From an uncultured Alphaproteobacteria bacterium (GTDB lineage Bacteria > Pseudomonadota > Alphaproteobacteria > RF32 > CAG-239): DNA of 64,000 bases. A model generated the notes under the pieces. The model saw only the letters and a list, made by a program, of their open reading frames with translations, was not told the origin of the DNA and made no database searches. Position numbers and translations under genes: made by a program. Positions within the stretch are counted from its first letter, which is position 1; each line of letters begins with the position of its first letter. The stretch spans positions 49,729 to 113,728 of the forward strand of contig CALXTJ010000001.1 of the NCBI GenBank assembly GCA_944391375.1. The letters are read 5' to 3'. Of this stretch, positions 46,559-56,879 are shown in pieces.

Positions 46559-47200
46559 TTAAAAATCCTTTCTGGCAAATTCTTTTAAGGATAAGCGGAT
46601 TAACTCTGATACCGATTTATCGGCATTTTCGGCATAAACCTTAGATACAACCTTATAGGCCTCTAACCGCTGATAACCTAGGTTGATTAGAGCCGAAATA
46701 ACATCTTCAACCGTATCGCTTGCAGCTTCGGATAATGGTGTGGCAGACGGTATGGTATCATCGCCGGCAATATCGCCCAAACTTACATCACCGGTTGGAA
46801 TGGTAACGATTTTATCTTTTAATTCGGTAACAATACGAGCCGCCAGTTTAGGGCCTACGCCGCTGGCTCTTAAAAACGAACTTTTATCCTGAGCGGAAAC
46901 CGCCTGAGCAAGCTGCGAGGGATTGAGAGCCGATAAGATACTCAAGCAAACTTTAGCCCCAACGCCTTGGACTTTGGTTAAAGTATTAAACCACTCTTTT
47001 TCCCAAGCATCATAAAAACCGAACAAAGATATGCTGTCTTCCCGGACAACGGTTTCAATCAAGAGCGAAACCTCCGTTCCTTTATTTAATCTTCCGAGAG
47101 TTTTGGATGAGGCTGATACCAAATAGCCCACGCCGTTTACATCAATAATACAGCAATCTTCATAAACGCTGTCAACAATTCCACGCAATTTTGCAATCAT
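46559..47200 (-). CDS. ruvA: Holliday junction DNA helicase RuvA
   Basis: MIAKLRGIV…, plus HhH motifs. Confidence 0.9.
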   Translation of the reverse strand: MIAKLRGIVDSVYEDCCIIDVNGVGYLVSASSKTLGRLNKGTEVSLLIETVVREDSISLFGFYDAWEKEWFNTLTKVQGVGAKVCLSILSALNPSQLAQAVSAQDKSSFLRASGVGPKLAARIVTELKDKIVTIPTGDVSLGDIAGDDTIPSATPLSEAASDTVEDVISALINLGYQRLEAYKVVSKVYAENADKSVSELIRLSLKEFARKDF

Positions 47201-47365
47201 GCTTTAGATCCTTAAAAACACTTACTTAGCCAAAGATATACGATTTCAGACTCTGTCGCAAGTAAATAAATCAATCTTTGCAATATTTTGGCAGGCTCTT
47301 TTTTTAATAAGTTGAGTGATTATATAGCAAAAGTAATGAGATTTTTATCAAGAAAGGGAAGGCGT

Positions 47366-48502
47366 ATGAAAAGATATATATTTATTTTAGCTTTACTGGC
47401 AATGGGTTGCACTCAGGCTCAAGCCCGAAGTTTAGAAAAAGACTATACAGATTTTAAGGACTGGCTAAACAAAACTTACGGTCTTGATTACGGAATAGAT
47501 ATAAGCGTAACCGGCCAAAGAGGAGCTCCGAGCGGCAAAAACAATGCCGTGCAGACTTATATTTATCCGTATTTAACCTGGACCAATTTTGATAATGAAT
47601 ACGGCACGGGTTCATTAAACATGGCTTATAACATTGTTCGTTACGGCAATCATAATTCTGCCGACATTGATAATAACATAGGTGTGGTAAATGCCATTAA
47701 CGACTTTGATGATAACGCCAATGAGTTTGTAGAATTTTATTATTCATGGCAGCTTGGCGGAGATTGGGATTGGCTGACCTTAAATGCCGGACAATTTCCG
47801 ATATATAACTTTGACGGAACAGCCTATGATGCCAATCAGCAAGTCAATTTTATAAACTATGCTTTATCCCAAAACGCCAGCTCCACTTATTCCACGGCGG
47901 GTATAGGCTTTTTTGCCGAGATGGCTCCCAAAGGAGATTGGAGTTTTGCCATCGGTGCCCAAGATGCAACCAATGTAGACGCTCCGAGTATTAGGGTAAA
48001 CGGCATACACGACAAGCATTATACAACTTTTGCTCAAGCAACTTACGCTCCGACCAACAGATTAGGTGATGCCGAGGTTTCGGTTTTGGTATATAATCAA
48101 CCATGGGTAAAAGAGCAAGCCCAAACTACCAACGGTTGGTCCATCAATCTATCACAGAATATCGGTGAAAAATGGAGTGTGTTCGGACGTATTAACGGAG
48201 TATCCGGAGATGTTGCGGAAATAGAGCAGTCTTGGGTAGCGGGTGTTGTCTGGTTAAATCCATTAAACCGCAATAGCTTAGATCAAATCGGTTTAGCGTA
48301 TGCTTATAATAAGCTCAATGAAGAAGCGGTCGGTGAGCCCTTGGAGCATGATGCCGAACAGGTAATAGAGGCTTATTGGGCATGGGGAATTTCTAAATAT
48401 ATGACAATAACGCCCGATGTACAATTTTATATCAATCCGGCGTTAAATCAAAAATCTGATTATGCCACGGCGTTTTCGTTAAGGTTTACGCTTTTCTTAT
48501 AA
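47366..48502 (+). CDS. Putative outer-membrane porin (OprB-like carbohydrate-porin fold)
   Basis: A signal peptide (MKRYIFILALLAMGCTQAQA), a beta-strand-rich sequence with aromatic girdle residues, and a C-terminus …RFTLFL. Confidence 0.45.
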   Translation: MKRYIFILALLAMGCTQAQARSLEKDYTDFKDWLNKTYGLDYGIDISVTGQRGAPSGKNNAVQTYIYPYLTWTNFDNEYGTGSLNMAYNIVRYGNHNSADIDNNIGVVNAINDFDDNANEFVEFYYSWQLGGDWDWLTLNAGQFPIYNFDGTAYDANQQVNFINYALSQNASSTYSTAGIGFFAEMAPKGDWSFAIGAQDATNVDAPSIRVNGIHDKHYTTFAQATYAPTNRLGDAEVSVLVYNQPWVKEQAQTTNGWSINLSQNIGEKWSVFGRINGVSGDVAEIEQSWVAGVVWLNPLNRNSLDQIGLAYAYNKLNEEAVGEPLEHDAEQVIEAYWAWGISKYMTITPDVQFYINPALNQKSDYATAFSLRFTLFL

Positions 48503-48512
48503 GGTTGCCAAT

Positions 48513-48544
48513 AAAAAAGAGGCTAAATTTTAGCCTCTTTTTCA
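48513..48544 (+). terminator. Rho-independent terminator after the porin gene
   Basis: AAAAAGAGGCTA-AATTT-TAGCCTCTTTTT. Confidence 0.65.
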
Positions 48545-48670
48545 TACTACGGGAGTTGTAATAATTATCAAATATTTTTGGGGACAAATCGGAATAAATA
48601 ATATTTTTGCTTTACAAAACGGCATAAAAATGTCTAAAAATAAGAGATGTTTTTATATCAGGACAAATAC

Positions 48671-49213
48671 ATGAGAACTTTTATCAAGATTATGAGCATA
48701 ATGAGTTTAACATTTTTTTTAAGTTGTTGCCAAAGCTCAGATACCCCGTCACTTCTTCCGGGAATTGTACCGGCCGAACAGAAAACCACCATTATTAACA
48801 ATCGCCCGTCCAATATTATAGGTGCGGTAGAACCGATTTATATTTTACCGATGAAATCGGCGTTTGATGCCCGGATAGATACCGGAGCTACCACCTCATC
48901 ATTGGATGCCGACGATATTAAAGAGTTTGAAAGAGACGGTGAAAAGTGGGTTTCGTTTACCATTACCAACAGGCAGTCCGGCGAAAAGTATGAATTTGAA
49001 AAACCAATACTTAAGAGTGTAAAGATTAAAAGAATAGAAGACAGAGAGCACCGAGTAAAAGTTAATATGGCAGTAAGTTTCGGAGGTGAAAAGTTTACTG
49101 CAGAGTTTACTTTGGCCGACCGCGATAAATTTGAATACCAAATTTTAATTGGCCGTAATATACTAAGCGGCAGAGCCATTGTTGACACATCGGTTTCGCA
49201 CACTCTTAAATAA
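48671..49213 (+). CDS. Retropepsin-like protease (the Pfam family named 'putative ATP-dependent zinc protease'), first gene of the RimK-like cassette
   Basis: A lipoprotein-like signal (LTFFLSCC) and a DTGA aspartic-protease motif (RIDTGATTSSLD). Confidence 0.65.
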   Translation: MRTFIKIMSIMSLTFFLSCCQSSDTPSLLPGIVPAEQKTTIINNRPSNIIGAVEPIYILPMKSAFDARIDTGATTSSLDADDIKEFERDGEKWVSFTITNRQSGEKYEFEKPILKSVKIKRIEDREHRVKVNMAVSFGGEKFTAEFTLADRDKFEYQILIGRNILSGRAIVDTSVSHTLK

Positions 49214-49228
49214 TAAGGGACAGAGGCT

Positions 49229-50761
49229 ATGAGTAAATTTTTTACGGTGCGTAAGGTTTTAACTTTATTTTTGGTATTATCGGTTATCTTTGCGGCATTC
49301 AGTGCTTACTATAAAATCAAGTATTGGGGTTTTGATTTTAGGCCTAATCGTACAACTAAAGTTTGGAATATTGATGCCAACATTACTTTTGAACCGACCG
49401 GAGAACCGATAAGAGTTTCTTTAGGGGTACCCAGCAGCGGCGATGAGTTTAAAATTTTAAATGAAGATATTCAGGCCCGAGGGTACAAAGTTACCAAAAA
49501 CACCCAAGAAAATCGCGTAGAATTCAGTTCATCTGCCAAGGAAAAAAGTCAAAACTTATATTACCGATTGACAATATATGATAATGAAGACGGTAATGGG
49601 AAAGTAAGAGAGGCTAAAGTTGCAACTCCTCGTAAACCGCTGTATGATGAACAGCAACGACAAATGGCAGAAGAAATTTTGACTGAAGCAGGTAAATTGC
49701 AGGGTTCCTGGCCGCAAAAAATTATTCAAATATTTAATCAAGAGCCGATGAATCCGACCTTAAACGCCTTTTTGCCGGTAAAGATGAATCAAAAGCAAAG
49801 AGCTGATAAAATTATTGAACTGCTGGCGGTAAAATCCATACCGGCTCGTTTGGCCCGAGGGGTGCGTTTGGAAGAAGGCAAACAGGCAGCCGAAGCTGAC
49901 TTAATGATGGAAGCTTATGACGGTAACAAGTGGATGTTATATGATTTAAATACCGGAAAAGAAGGCCTACCTAAAAACTTTATTATCTTTCAAAGAGGAG
50001 GGACATCTTTATTGGATGTAAGCGGAGGAGAGGATTCTAAGGTACGATTTTCAGTATTAAGGTCGGTTGTTTCCTCATTTAAAATGGCCGCGCACCGTTC
50101 GGAGTTAAACAATTATAAAATAATGTTTGATTATTCCATTTATAATCTGCCGTTACTGGAGCAAAATACATTAAAGTGGCTGATGGTTTTTCCTTTAGGT
50201 ATTTTAATAGTAGTTTTAATGCGAAATATTGTCGGTATTAAAACCATGGGAACATTTACCCCGATGTTAATTGCCATGTCGTTGGTTAAAACCGGATTTT
50301 GGGCAGGTTTGGTAAGTTTTTCGGTGATTATAGCTATCGGACTATTGTTAAGAGCCGTATTGTCCAAACTAAATTTGTTATTGGTACCCCGAATTTCGGC
50401 AGTGGTGATATTCGTTATTCTGATTATGCAGTTTATGACTATTATCGGCTATCGTATGAACTGGAGCATTGCCTCATCGGCGGTATTTTTCCCGATAATC
50501 ATTACGGCCTGGATTATTGAAAGAGCCTCTATTACCTGGGAAGAAGAGGGAGCAGGCAACGCCGTATCGGAAATTTTTTACAGTATGGTAACCGCGGTTG
50601 TTACTTATTTGGTAATCAGCAATGAGTATATTCGCCATATTACTTTTGCGTTTGATGAAATCAATTTGGTGATATTGTTTACGGTAATGTTGCTTGGTAC
50701 ATATACGGGCTACCGTTTAACCGAATTAAAAAGATTTACGCCTTTAGCCAAGGGGGAATAG
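49229..50761 (+). CDS. Inactive transglutaminase-like domain fused to 7 TM helices
   Basis: A 510-aa protein with an N-terminal TM, a soluble domain of about 250 aa, then 7 hydrophobic helices (…LMVFPLGILIVVLMRNIVGIKTMGTFTPMLIAMSL…). Confidence 0.65.
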   Translation: MSKFFTVRKVLTLFLVLSVIFAAFSAYYKIKYWGFDFRPNRTTKVWNIDANITFEPTGEPIRVSLGVPSSGDEFKILNEDIQARGYKVTKNTQENRVEFSSSAKEKSQNLYYRLTIYDNEDGNGKVREAKVATPRKPLYDEQQRQMAEEILTEAGKLQGSWPQKIIQIFNQEPMNPTLNAFLPVKMNQKQRADKIIELLAVKSIPARLARGVRLEEGKQAAEADLMMEAYDGNKWMLYDLNTGKEGLPKNFIIFQRGGTSLLDVSGGEDSKVRFSVLRSVVSSFKMAAHRSELNNYKIMFDYSIYNLPLLEQNTLKWLMVFPLGILIVVLMRNIVGIKTMGTFTPMLIAMSLVKTGFWAGLVSFSVIIAIGLLLRAVLSKLNLLLVPRISAVVIFVILIMQFMTIIGYRMNWSIASSAVFFPIIITAWIIERASITWEEEGAGNAVSEIFYSMVTAVVTYLVISNEYIRHITFAFDEINLVILFTVMLLGTYTGYRLTELKRFTPLAKGE

Positions 50762-51718
50762 ATGTTTGCGTGGTTAAAAAAATTTAGCCGACCGTCAGCT
50801 CTTAAAGCCAACGGAGTTTTGGGCATGAATGCCCGTAATTATAAAATAATTGCCCGTTGTAACAATCGTCGTTTATATCCCTTGGTAGATGATAAAGTTC
50901 AGACGAAACGGTTGGCAGACAAGGCCGGTATTAACACGCCGCATTTAATCGGGGTTATAGAATACCAACATCAGGTAAAAGATTTTTTGGAATTGGTAAA
51001 AAATCATCCGCAGTTTGTAATTAAGCCGGCACACGGCAGTGGCGGTAAGGGCGTGTTGGTAATTAAACATTGGGATGACGACTGCTTTGTTACGGCCTCA
51101 GAAAGAGTTTTAACATTTAAGGATGTGTACCAGCACATATCCAATACATTAAGCGGATTGTTCAGTTTGGGCGGACAATATGATGTTGCCTTAATAGAAG
51201 AGATGGTAAATTTCAGCGATATATTCAAAGATTTCAGCTATCAAGGTGTTCCGGATGTGAGGATTATTGTTTATAAAGGCTATCCGGCGATGGCTATGAT
51301 GCGATTGGCCACGGCAGAATCCGGCGGCAGAGCCAATTTGCACCAAGGTGCGGTAGGGGTCGGCTTAGATATTAAGAGCGGTAAGACCTTAAATGCGGTA
51401 ATGCACAATTTGCCGATAAGCGTTCACCCTGACACCAAGGCCGATTTAAAAAGTTTGGTAGTTCCGTTCTGGCGGGAGCATTTAATTATCGGAGCCAAGG
51501 CCTATGAGATGACAGGCTTAGGGTATTTAGGGGCAGATATTGTGTTGGATAAAAACCGCGGTCCGATGATGCTGGAATTAAACGCCCGCCCGGGACTGGC
51601 CATTCAAATAGCCAACGGTAAGGGTCTGGTTGAAGTGATAAAAAAAATAGATAAGACCTATCCTCAAAATTTGACGGCGGAAGAAAGAGTTGATTTTATC
51701 TTGAATATGAAAAAGTAA
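50762..51718 (+). CDS. RimK-related alpha-L-glutamate-ligase-like ATP-grasp enzyme
   Basis: …GMNARNYKIIARCNNRRLYPLVDDKVQTKRLADKAGINTPHLIG… with an ATP-grasp fold. The start codon abuts the previous stop (TAGATG). Confidence 0.7.
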   Translation: MFAWLKKFSRPSALKANGVLGMNARNYKIIARCNNRRLYPLVDDKVQTKRLADKAGINTPHLIGVIEYQHQVKDFLELVKNHPQFVIKPAHGSGGKGVLVIKHWDDDCFVTASERVLTFKDVYQHISNTLSGLFSLGGQYDVALIEEMVNFSDIFKDFSYQGVPDVRIIVYKGYPAMAMMRLATAESGGRANLHQGAVGVGLDIKSGKTLNAVMHNLPISVHPDTKADLKSLVVPFWREHLIIGAKAYEMTGLGYLGADIVLDKNRGPMMLELNARPGLAIQIANGKGLVEVIKKIDKTYPQNLTAEERVDFILNMKK

Positions 51719-51764
51719 AACCCTACATAAGAGAATAGATATTTTAATAAGGAAGGGATTTATT

Positions 51765-52370
51765 ATGACAGAATTACTAAAAAAATCCGAAACTAAAAAT
51801 TTAGGTAAGTCGGAAACCAAAAATTTAGCGGCTGAGGACAAAAAGCAGTTGGGCATGAGTGAAACGCGTGCCAAGAAAATAAAACATTCATATAAAGTAA
51901 AAGATGCGGAGAACTCGCTGTTGCTAAAGCTCAAAGACGGCGATGTGGTAATAGAGATGTATCCTGACGAAGCTCCTAATCATGTTGCCCGTATCAAAGA
52001 GTTGGTAAGACAAGGATTTTACAACGGATTAAAGTTTCATAGAGTTATTGAAGGCTTTATGGCACAAACCGGCTGTCCGTTAGGAACGGGTACGGGCGGC
52101 AGCGGCAAAAAATTGAAAGCCGAATTTAACCGCAAGCCGCATTTAAGAGGCACGGTATCTATGGCCAGAGCCATGGATGTAGATTCGGCCGACAGTCAGT
52201 TTTTTATTTGTTTTGCCGATTGCCCGTGGTTAAACGGACAATACACCGTATGGGGCGAAGTAACCTCCGGTATGGAATATGTTGATAATATTAAAAAAGG
52301 CGGCGGTGCTAACGGAATGGTAAGCTCACCTGATGAAATTATCAGCATGTCGGTCATTGCCGATTTGTAA
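51765..52370 (+). CDS. ppiB: Cyclophilin-type peptidyl-prolyl cis-trans isomerase with an N-terminal tandem duplication
   Basis: …FHRVIEGFMAQTGCPLGTGTGGSG… The N-terminus contains KSETKNLGKSETKNLA, encoded by a direct repeat at 51786-51833. Confidence 0.85.
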   Translation: MTELLKKSETKNLGKSETKNLAAEDKKQLGMSETRAKKIKHSYKVKDAENSLLLKLKDGDVVIEMYPDEAPNHVARIKELVRQGFYNGLKFHRVIEGFMAQTGCPLGTGTGGSGKKLKAEFNRKPHLRGTVSMARAMDVDSADSQFFICFADCPWLNGQYTVWGEVTSGMEYVDNIKKGGGANGMVSSPDEIISMSVIADL

Positions 52371-52388
52371 GTTATTAAAGCACAAAAA

Positions 52389-52425
52389 CAAAAATGAGCC
52401 TTAAGTTTTTTAAGGCTCATTTTTA
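52389..52425. terminator. Bidirectional terminator between ppiB and topA
   Basis: Perfect 15-bp inverted repeat AAAAATGAGCCTTAA-GTTTT-TTAAGGCTCATTTTT. Confidence 0.7.
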
Positions 52426-52445
52426 ATTACATAGGTTTACATATG

Positions 52446-54902
52446 TTACTTTTTAGCGGCAATAACTTTTAAGGCATCTTCTAAAGTAAGCTCTTTACCT
52501 TTAAGCTCTTTGGGCAAAGCATAGTTATTTTTGCCGCATTTTAAGTAAGGACCGTAGCGTCCGGAACTTAAAATAATATCATTACCGGATTTATCTTTAC
52601 CCAAAATTTTGGCTTCGGTTTTGGCGGCAACATTTTGCAAAAGTTCGGCAGCTCTTTCGGCAGTAATATTAAAAATAGTATCATTGCCGGTCAAAGAACG
52701 TGATTTGGTACCTTGTTTAATGTAAGGTCCGAACTTGCCGATATTTACCTCAATACCGTTGCCTAAATCTTTAGGCAGACTGATAAGAGTTACGGCTTGT
52801 TCAAAAGATACATCTTCCGGTTTCAGATTTTTCGGCAAGGCCATGCGTTTGGGTTTTTCGGTTGTAGCGGTGGCATCTTCGCCCCATTGGATATACCAAC
52901 CGTAAGGACCTTTTTTAAGGTAAACATTAAGAGTTTTGTAAACGCCTAAATTTTTATCTTCGGGTTTTTCGGGCTTTGGGGCATCAAGAGCCTGTTCCTC
53001 TTCATCTTTAACATCGGTTAGGGGCTTGGTATATTTACATTCCGGATAATTGGAACAACCTAAAAAGGCACCGAATTTACCGAGTTTAACGCTTAACAAA
53101 CCTTTTTTGCATTCCGGACATAAGCGAGGATTGCTGCCGTCGGCTTTGGGAGGAAACAGATGATATGATAAAACCTCATCAATCTTGGCAATAACATCTT
53201 TGACCTGCAAAGGTTTTACGGCATCAACATTTTTAATAAATTTGGCCCAGAAACCGGCAAGCAGTTTTTTCCAGTCCATTTGTCCGGCGGAAACATCATC
53301 CAAAAATTCTTCCAGTTGGGCGGTAAAGTCGTACTCAACATATTTTTTGAAGTAGTTTTCCAAAAATACGGTAACGATTCGCCCTCTGTCTTCAGGGATA
53401 AATCTTAACTTTTCAACACGTACATATTTGCGTTCCTGCAAAACGGCAATAATGGTGGCATAAGTTGAAGGACGGCCGATACCGAGTTCTTCCAGTTTTT
53501 TAACGAGGCTTGCTTCGGTAAAACGCGGCGGAGGTGTTGTAAAGTGCTGTTCGGGTTTAATTTGACCTTTATCAACGGCTTGTCCTTCATTAACATTGGG
53601 CAAAATCCGATTTTCATCGTCATCATCGGAGTCGTCTTTGCTTTCTTGATAAAGTTTCAAGAAACCGTCAAAGGCAATAACCTGTCCGTTGGCCCGCAGC
53701 AAAATCTGCTTATCCTGAGAAAGCGAATCAATGGTAACTCTGTCAAATACGGCAGGGTTCATTTGGCAAGCAACGGTGCGTTTCCAAATAAGCTCGTAAA
53801 GTTTATAGGCATCGGCATCCAGTTTGGCTTCCATTTTTTTGGGAGTATTCATCACATCGGAAGGACGAATAGCCTCGTGAGCTTCCTGAGCGTTTTTGGA
53901 TTTTGTTTTATATTCTTTGGCAACTTTGGGCAGGTAAGCCTCACCGAAATATTTTAAGATGGCATCACGACAAGCAGCTATTGCTTCTTTGGAAAGATTT
54001 ACGGCGTCGGTACGCATATAGGTAATAAAACCGTCTTCATAGAGCTTTTGAGCTACCTGCATGGTCTTTTTGGCCGAAAATCTGAGCTTGCGAGCCGCTT
54101 CTTGTTGCAAGGTGGAGGTGGTAAACGGCGGAGCCGGATAACGATTGGCTTTTTTGCGTTCTACCGAGGAGATGTTAAAGTTTTGAGCCTCAATTTTGCT
54201 CTTGGCCTCATTTGCTTTGGCTTCGGTATTAAGGTCAAACTTTTCAAGTTTTTTGCCGTCTAAATTGATAAGATGTGAGGGAATAACGGCTTTATTGTCG
54301 GCCAATAAATCAACATCAATGGTCCAGTATTCTTCGGATTTAAATTTTTCAATTTCGGTTTCGCGGTCGCAGATTAAACGCAAAGCAACCGACTGGACGC
54401 GTCCGGCTGATTTGGAACCGGGGAGTTTACGCCATAAAACCGGAGATAAGGTAAAGCCTACCAAATAGTCCAAAGCACGTCTGGCCATATAGGCGGAAAC
54501 CAAATTATCGTCAATAGAGCGGGGATTTTTAATAGCTTCGGTAACGGCCGATTTGGTAATTTCGTGAAAGACGACGCGTTCAATTTTTTTGCCGGCAATT
54601 TTTTTACGGGCAGTTAATTCCTCTAAAATATGCCAAGCAATAGCTTCTCCTTCTCTATCCGGGTCGGAGGCGAGAATAATGGTGTCACAGTCTTTTAAGG
54701 CGGCGATAATGTCATTAAGGCGTTTTTTACCGCCGGGGCTTAATTCCCAAGTCATGTCAAAATCATGATCCGGATTAACCGAACCGTCTTTGCTGGGCAA
54801 ATCGCGAATATGGCCGAAACTGGCCAGCACTTTATAATCGCTGCCCAAATATTTGTTGATAGTTTTGGCTTTTGCCGGAGATTCTACAATAACTAACTTC
54901 AT
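52446..54902 (-). CDS. topA: DNA topoisomerase I
   Basis: A TOPRIM N-terminus (MKLVIVESPAKAKTI…), a catalytic region, and C-terminal zinc-ribbon-like repeats. Confidence 0.95.
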   Translation of the reverse strand: MKLVIVESPAKAKTINKYLGSDYKVLASFGHIRDLPSKDGSVNPDHDFDMTWELSPGGKKRLNDIIAALKDCDTIILASDPDREGEAIAWHILEELTARKKIAGKKIERVVFHEITKSAVTEAIKNPRSIDDNLVSAYMARRALDYLVGFTLSPVLWRKLPGSKSAGRVQSVALRLICDRETEIEKFKSEEYWTIDVDLLADNKAVIPSHLINLDGKKLEKFDLNTEAKANEAKSKIEAQNFNISSVERKKANRYPAPPFTTSTLQQEAARKLRFSAKKTMQVAQKLYEDGFITYMRTDAVNLSKEAIAACRDAILKYFGEAYLPKVAKEYKTKSKNAQEAHEAIRPSDVMNTPKKMEAKLDADAYKLYELIWKRTVACQMNPAVFDRVTIDSLSQDKQILLRANGQVIAFDGFLKLYQESKDDSDDDDENRILPNVNEGQAVDKGQIKPEQHFTTPPPRFTEASLVKKLEELGIGRPSTYATIIAVLQERKYVRVEKLRFIPEDRGRIVTVFLENYFKKYVEYDFTAQLEEFLDDVSAGQMDWKKLLAGFWAKFIKNVDAVKPLQVKDVIAKIDEVLSYHLFPPKADGSNPRLCPECKKGLLSVKLGKFGAFLGCSNYPECKYTKPLTDVKDEEEQALDAPKPEKPEDKNLGVYKTLNVYLKKGPYGWYIQWGEDATATTEKPKRMALPKNLKPEDVSFEQAVTLISLPKDLGNGIEVNIGKFGPYIKQGTKSRSLTGNDTIFNITAERAAELLQNVAAKTEAKILGKDKSGNDIILSSGRYGPYLKCGKNNYALPKELKGKELTLEDALKVIAAKK

Positions 54903-54917
54903 CGGTTTTTCCTGTTT

Positions 54918-56039
54918 TTATTTGGTATCTGTTATAAAAATCACACCGTTTATTCTTTTAATTTTGCCCTCAAGTTCCAACTCGGTAATTTTGAGCATGG
55001 TTTCGGTAAAATCCATACCGCTGTTTCTTAAAAGTTCGTCCAATTCAACACCTTGCGGAGTAATCAGGTTCAACAGGTCGGCATTTTCATGCTCCGGAGT
55101 TTTACTCTGAGGTGGAATATTGTCAATTTTTGGAGCTTTGTCAAGAGTATTTGCAAATAAGTCGGTGGATATAAAATCTTTAATTTGCTGATTTTGCGTT
55201 AAACTCAGTACCTGCAATATATCATCTGCGGTTTCGGTTAATATGGCACCTTCTTTAATAAGTTTGTTGGCACCCATGGAGCGACCGTCCAAAGGGGAGC
55301 CGGGTACGGCAAAAATATCCTTTCCCTGTTCCAAGGCAAGCCTTGCGGTAATCAAAGAGCCGGAGTTGATTGAGGCTTCCACGACCAAAGTTCCGGCACT
55401 TAGGGCGGAAATTATGCGATTGCGTCGCGGAAAATTTTGCGGTTGAGCGGTTGTGCCGAGCGGCAACTCGGAGATAACGACACCCTGATGGATTATTTGT
55501 TCATATAATCTTTGATTTTCCGAAGGGTAGGGCACATCAACACCGGTACCTAACACGGCAATGGTCGGACCTTGTTTGTTTTGGGCCAACAGAGCACCTT
55601 TATGAGCGGCGGTATCAATACCTCGGGCCATGCCCGAAACGATAATTACTTCATTTTCGGTTAAATCAAAAGAAAGTTTGGAAGCGATTTTTTGCCCGGA
55701 AATGGAGGCACTGCGGGAGCCGACAACGGAAATCATGGCCGGATAGTTTAGTAAATCGGCATTACCCTTCACATACAAAACCGGCGGAGCGTCATTGAGT
55801 TGAGCCAAATTAAACGGATACTTTTCATCGTTTCGGGTTAGGATAAGGACATTTTGGCGATGAGCTTTTTCAAGTTCATATTGTGCATCCTTATACGCAA
55901 AAATGGGCTGTTTGGATTGTAAGTTTTGCAAAGCCTCATGAGCCGAACCGAATTTAGCGAGCAACTTATAAAATCCGATTGGTCCGATACCGTCGGTATT
56001 GATAAGTTGTATCCATTCAATCAGTTCTTTTTGTTGCAC
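54918..56039 (-). CDS. dprA: DNA processing protein DprA
   Basis: The Rossmann-like DprA core reads SGMARGIDTAAHKGAL…GTGVDVPYP. Confidence 0.85.
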   Translation of the reverse strand: MQQKELIEWIQLINTDGIGPIGFYKLLAKFGSAHEALQNLQSKQPIFAYKDAQYELEKAHRQNVLILTRNDEKYPFNLAQLNDAPPVLYVKGNADLLNYPAMISVVGSRSASISGQKIASKLSFDLTENEVIIVSGMARGIDTAAHKGALLAQNKQGPTIAVLGTGVDVPYPSENQRLYEQIIHQGVVISELPLGTTAQPQNFPRRNRIISALSAGTLVVEASINSGSLITARLALEQGKDIFAVPGSPLDGRSMGANKLIKEGAILTETADDILQVLSLTQNQQIKDFISTDLFANTLDKAPKIDNIPPQSKTPEHENADLLNLITPQGVELDELLRNSGMDFTETMLKITELELEGKIKRINGVIFITDTK

Positions 56040-56045
56040 GATGTT

Positions 56046-56696
56046 TTACTTTTCAGCAGTTTTTTTAAACGAAATTTTGCTTTCTTCACCTTTAAGCAGA
56101 CGGCGGATATTGGCATGATGTTTTAATATAACCAACAACGCAGTAATAGCATAAAAGAAAGTATAGACTTGCGGCAGCATAAAGAAGGCCGCAATCGGCA
56201 GAGCAACGGCAGCGGTTAAAGCCGAGAGGGAAGAATAGCGGAAAGTAAAAGCCATAACGAGCCAAACAATAAGAGCTATAAGAGCCAAGGGCCAGTAGGT
56301 TATGAGTAAAAAACCGAAAGCAGACGAAACGCCTTTGCCGCCTTTAAATTTGAGCCATACGGGGAACATATGTCCGATAACCCCCGATAAACCGGCAATC
56401 ATTCCGCCGATAAGGGATGTAGTGGCCGGCCAGCCGAACATAAAGCACAATTCATTGGGAACGGTTTTAAAAGCTATATAAGCGGCAATACCGGCTTTAA
56501 AGGCGTCTAAAATAACGGTAAGCAAAGCCAAAGTTTTGTTACCGGTGCGTAACACATTGGTAGCACCGATGTTGCCCGAGCCGATTTTACGAATATCACC
56601 GTATCCTGCCAAGCGGGTTAAGACCAAGCCGAAAGGGATAGAGCCCAACAGATATCCGCCCAAGGCACATAAAATAAAAATTACGGTAAAGTTCAT
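56046..56696 (-). CDS. plsY: Glycerol-3-phosphate acyltransferase PlsY
   Basis: …GSGNIGATNVLRTGNK…. Confidence 0.9.
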   Translation of the reverse strand: MNFTVIFILCALGGYLLGSIPFGLVLTRLAGYGDIRKIGSGNIGATNVLRTGNKTLALLTVILDAFKAGIAAYIAFKTVPNELCFMFGWPATTSLIGGMIAGLSGVIGHMFPVWLKFKGGKGVSSAFGFLLITYWPLALIALIVWLVMAFTFRYSSLSALTAAVALPIAAFFMLPQVYTFFYAITALLVILKHHANIRRLLKGEESKISFKKTAEK

Positions 56697-56879
56697 AACA
56701 CATCCCCTTATATAGTTTTTACGGATAGGGTACTATAAGCACAAACTTTTCGTAATTTCAATCTTTTTATCAAAACAGTCCGCAAAGATTACAAATTATC
56801 AACTGCCTATAAAAATAAGATGACAAAAGAGTTAAATAAGCTAATATAAACACGTAAACATTATTAAGGGGCAAGTTAA

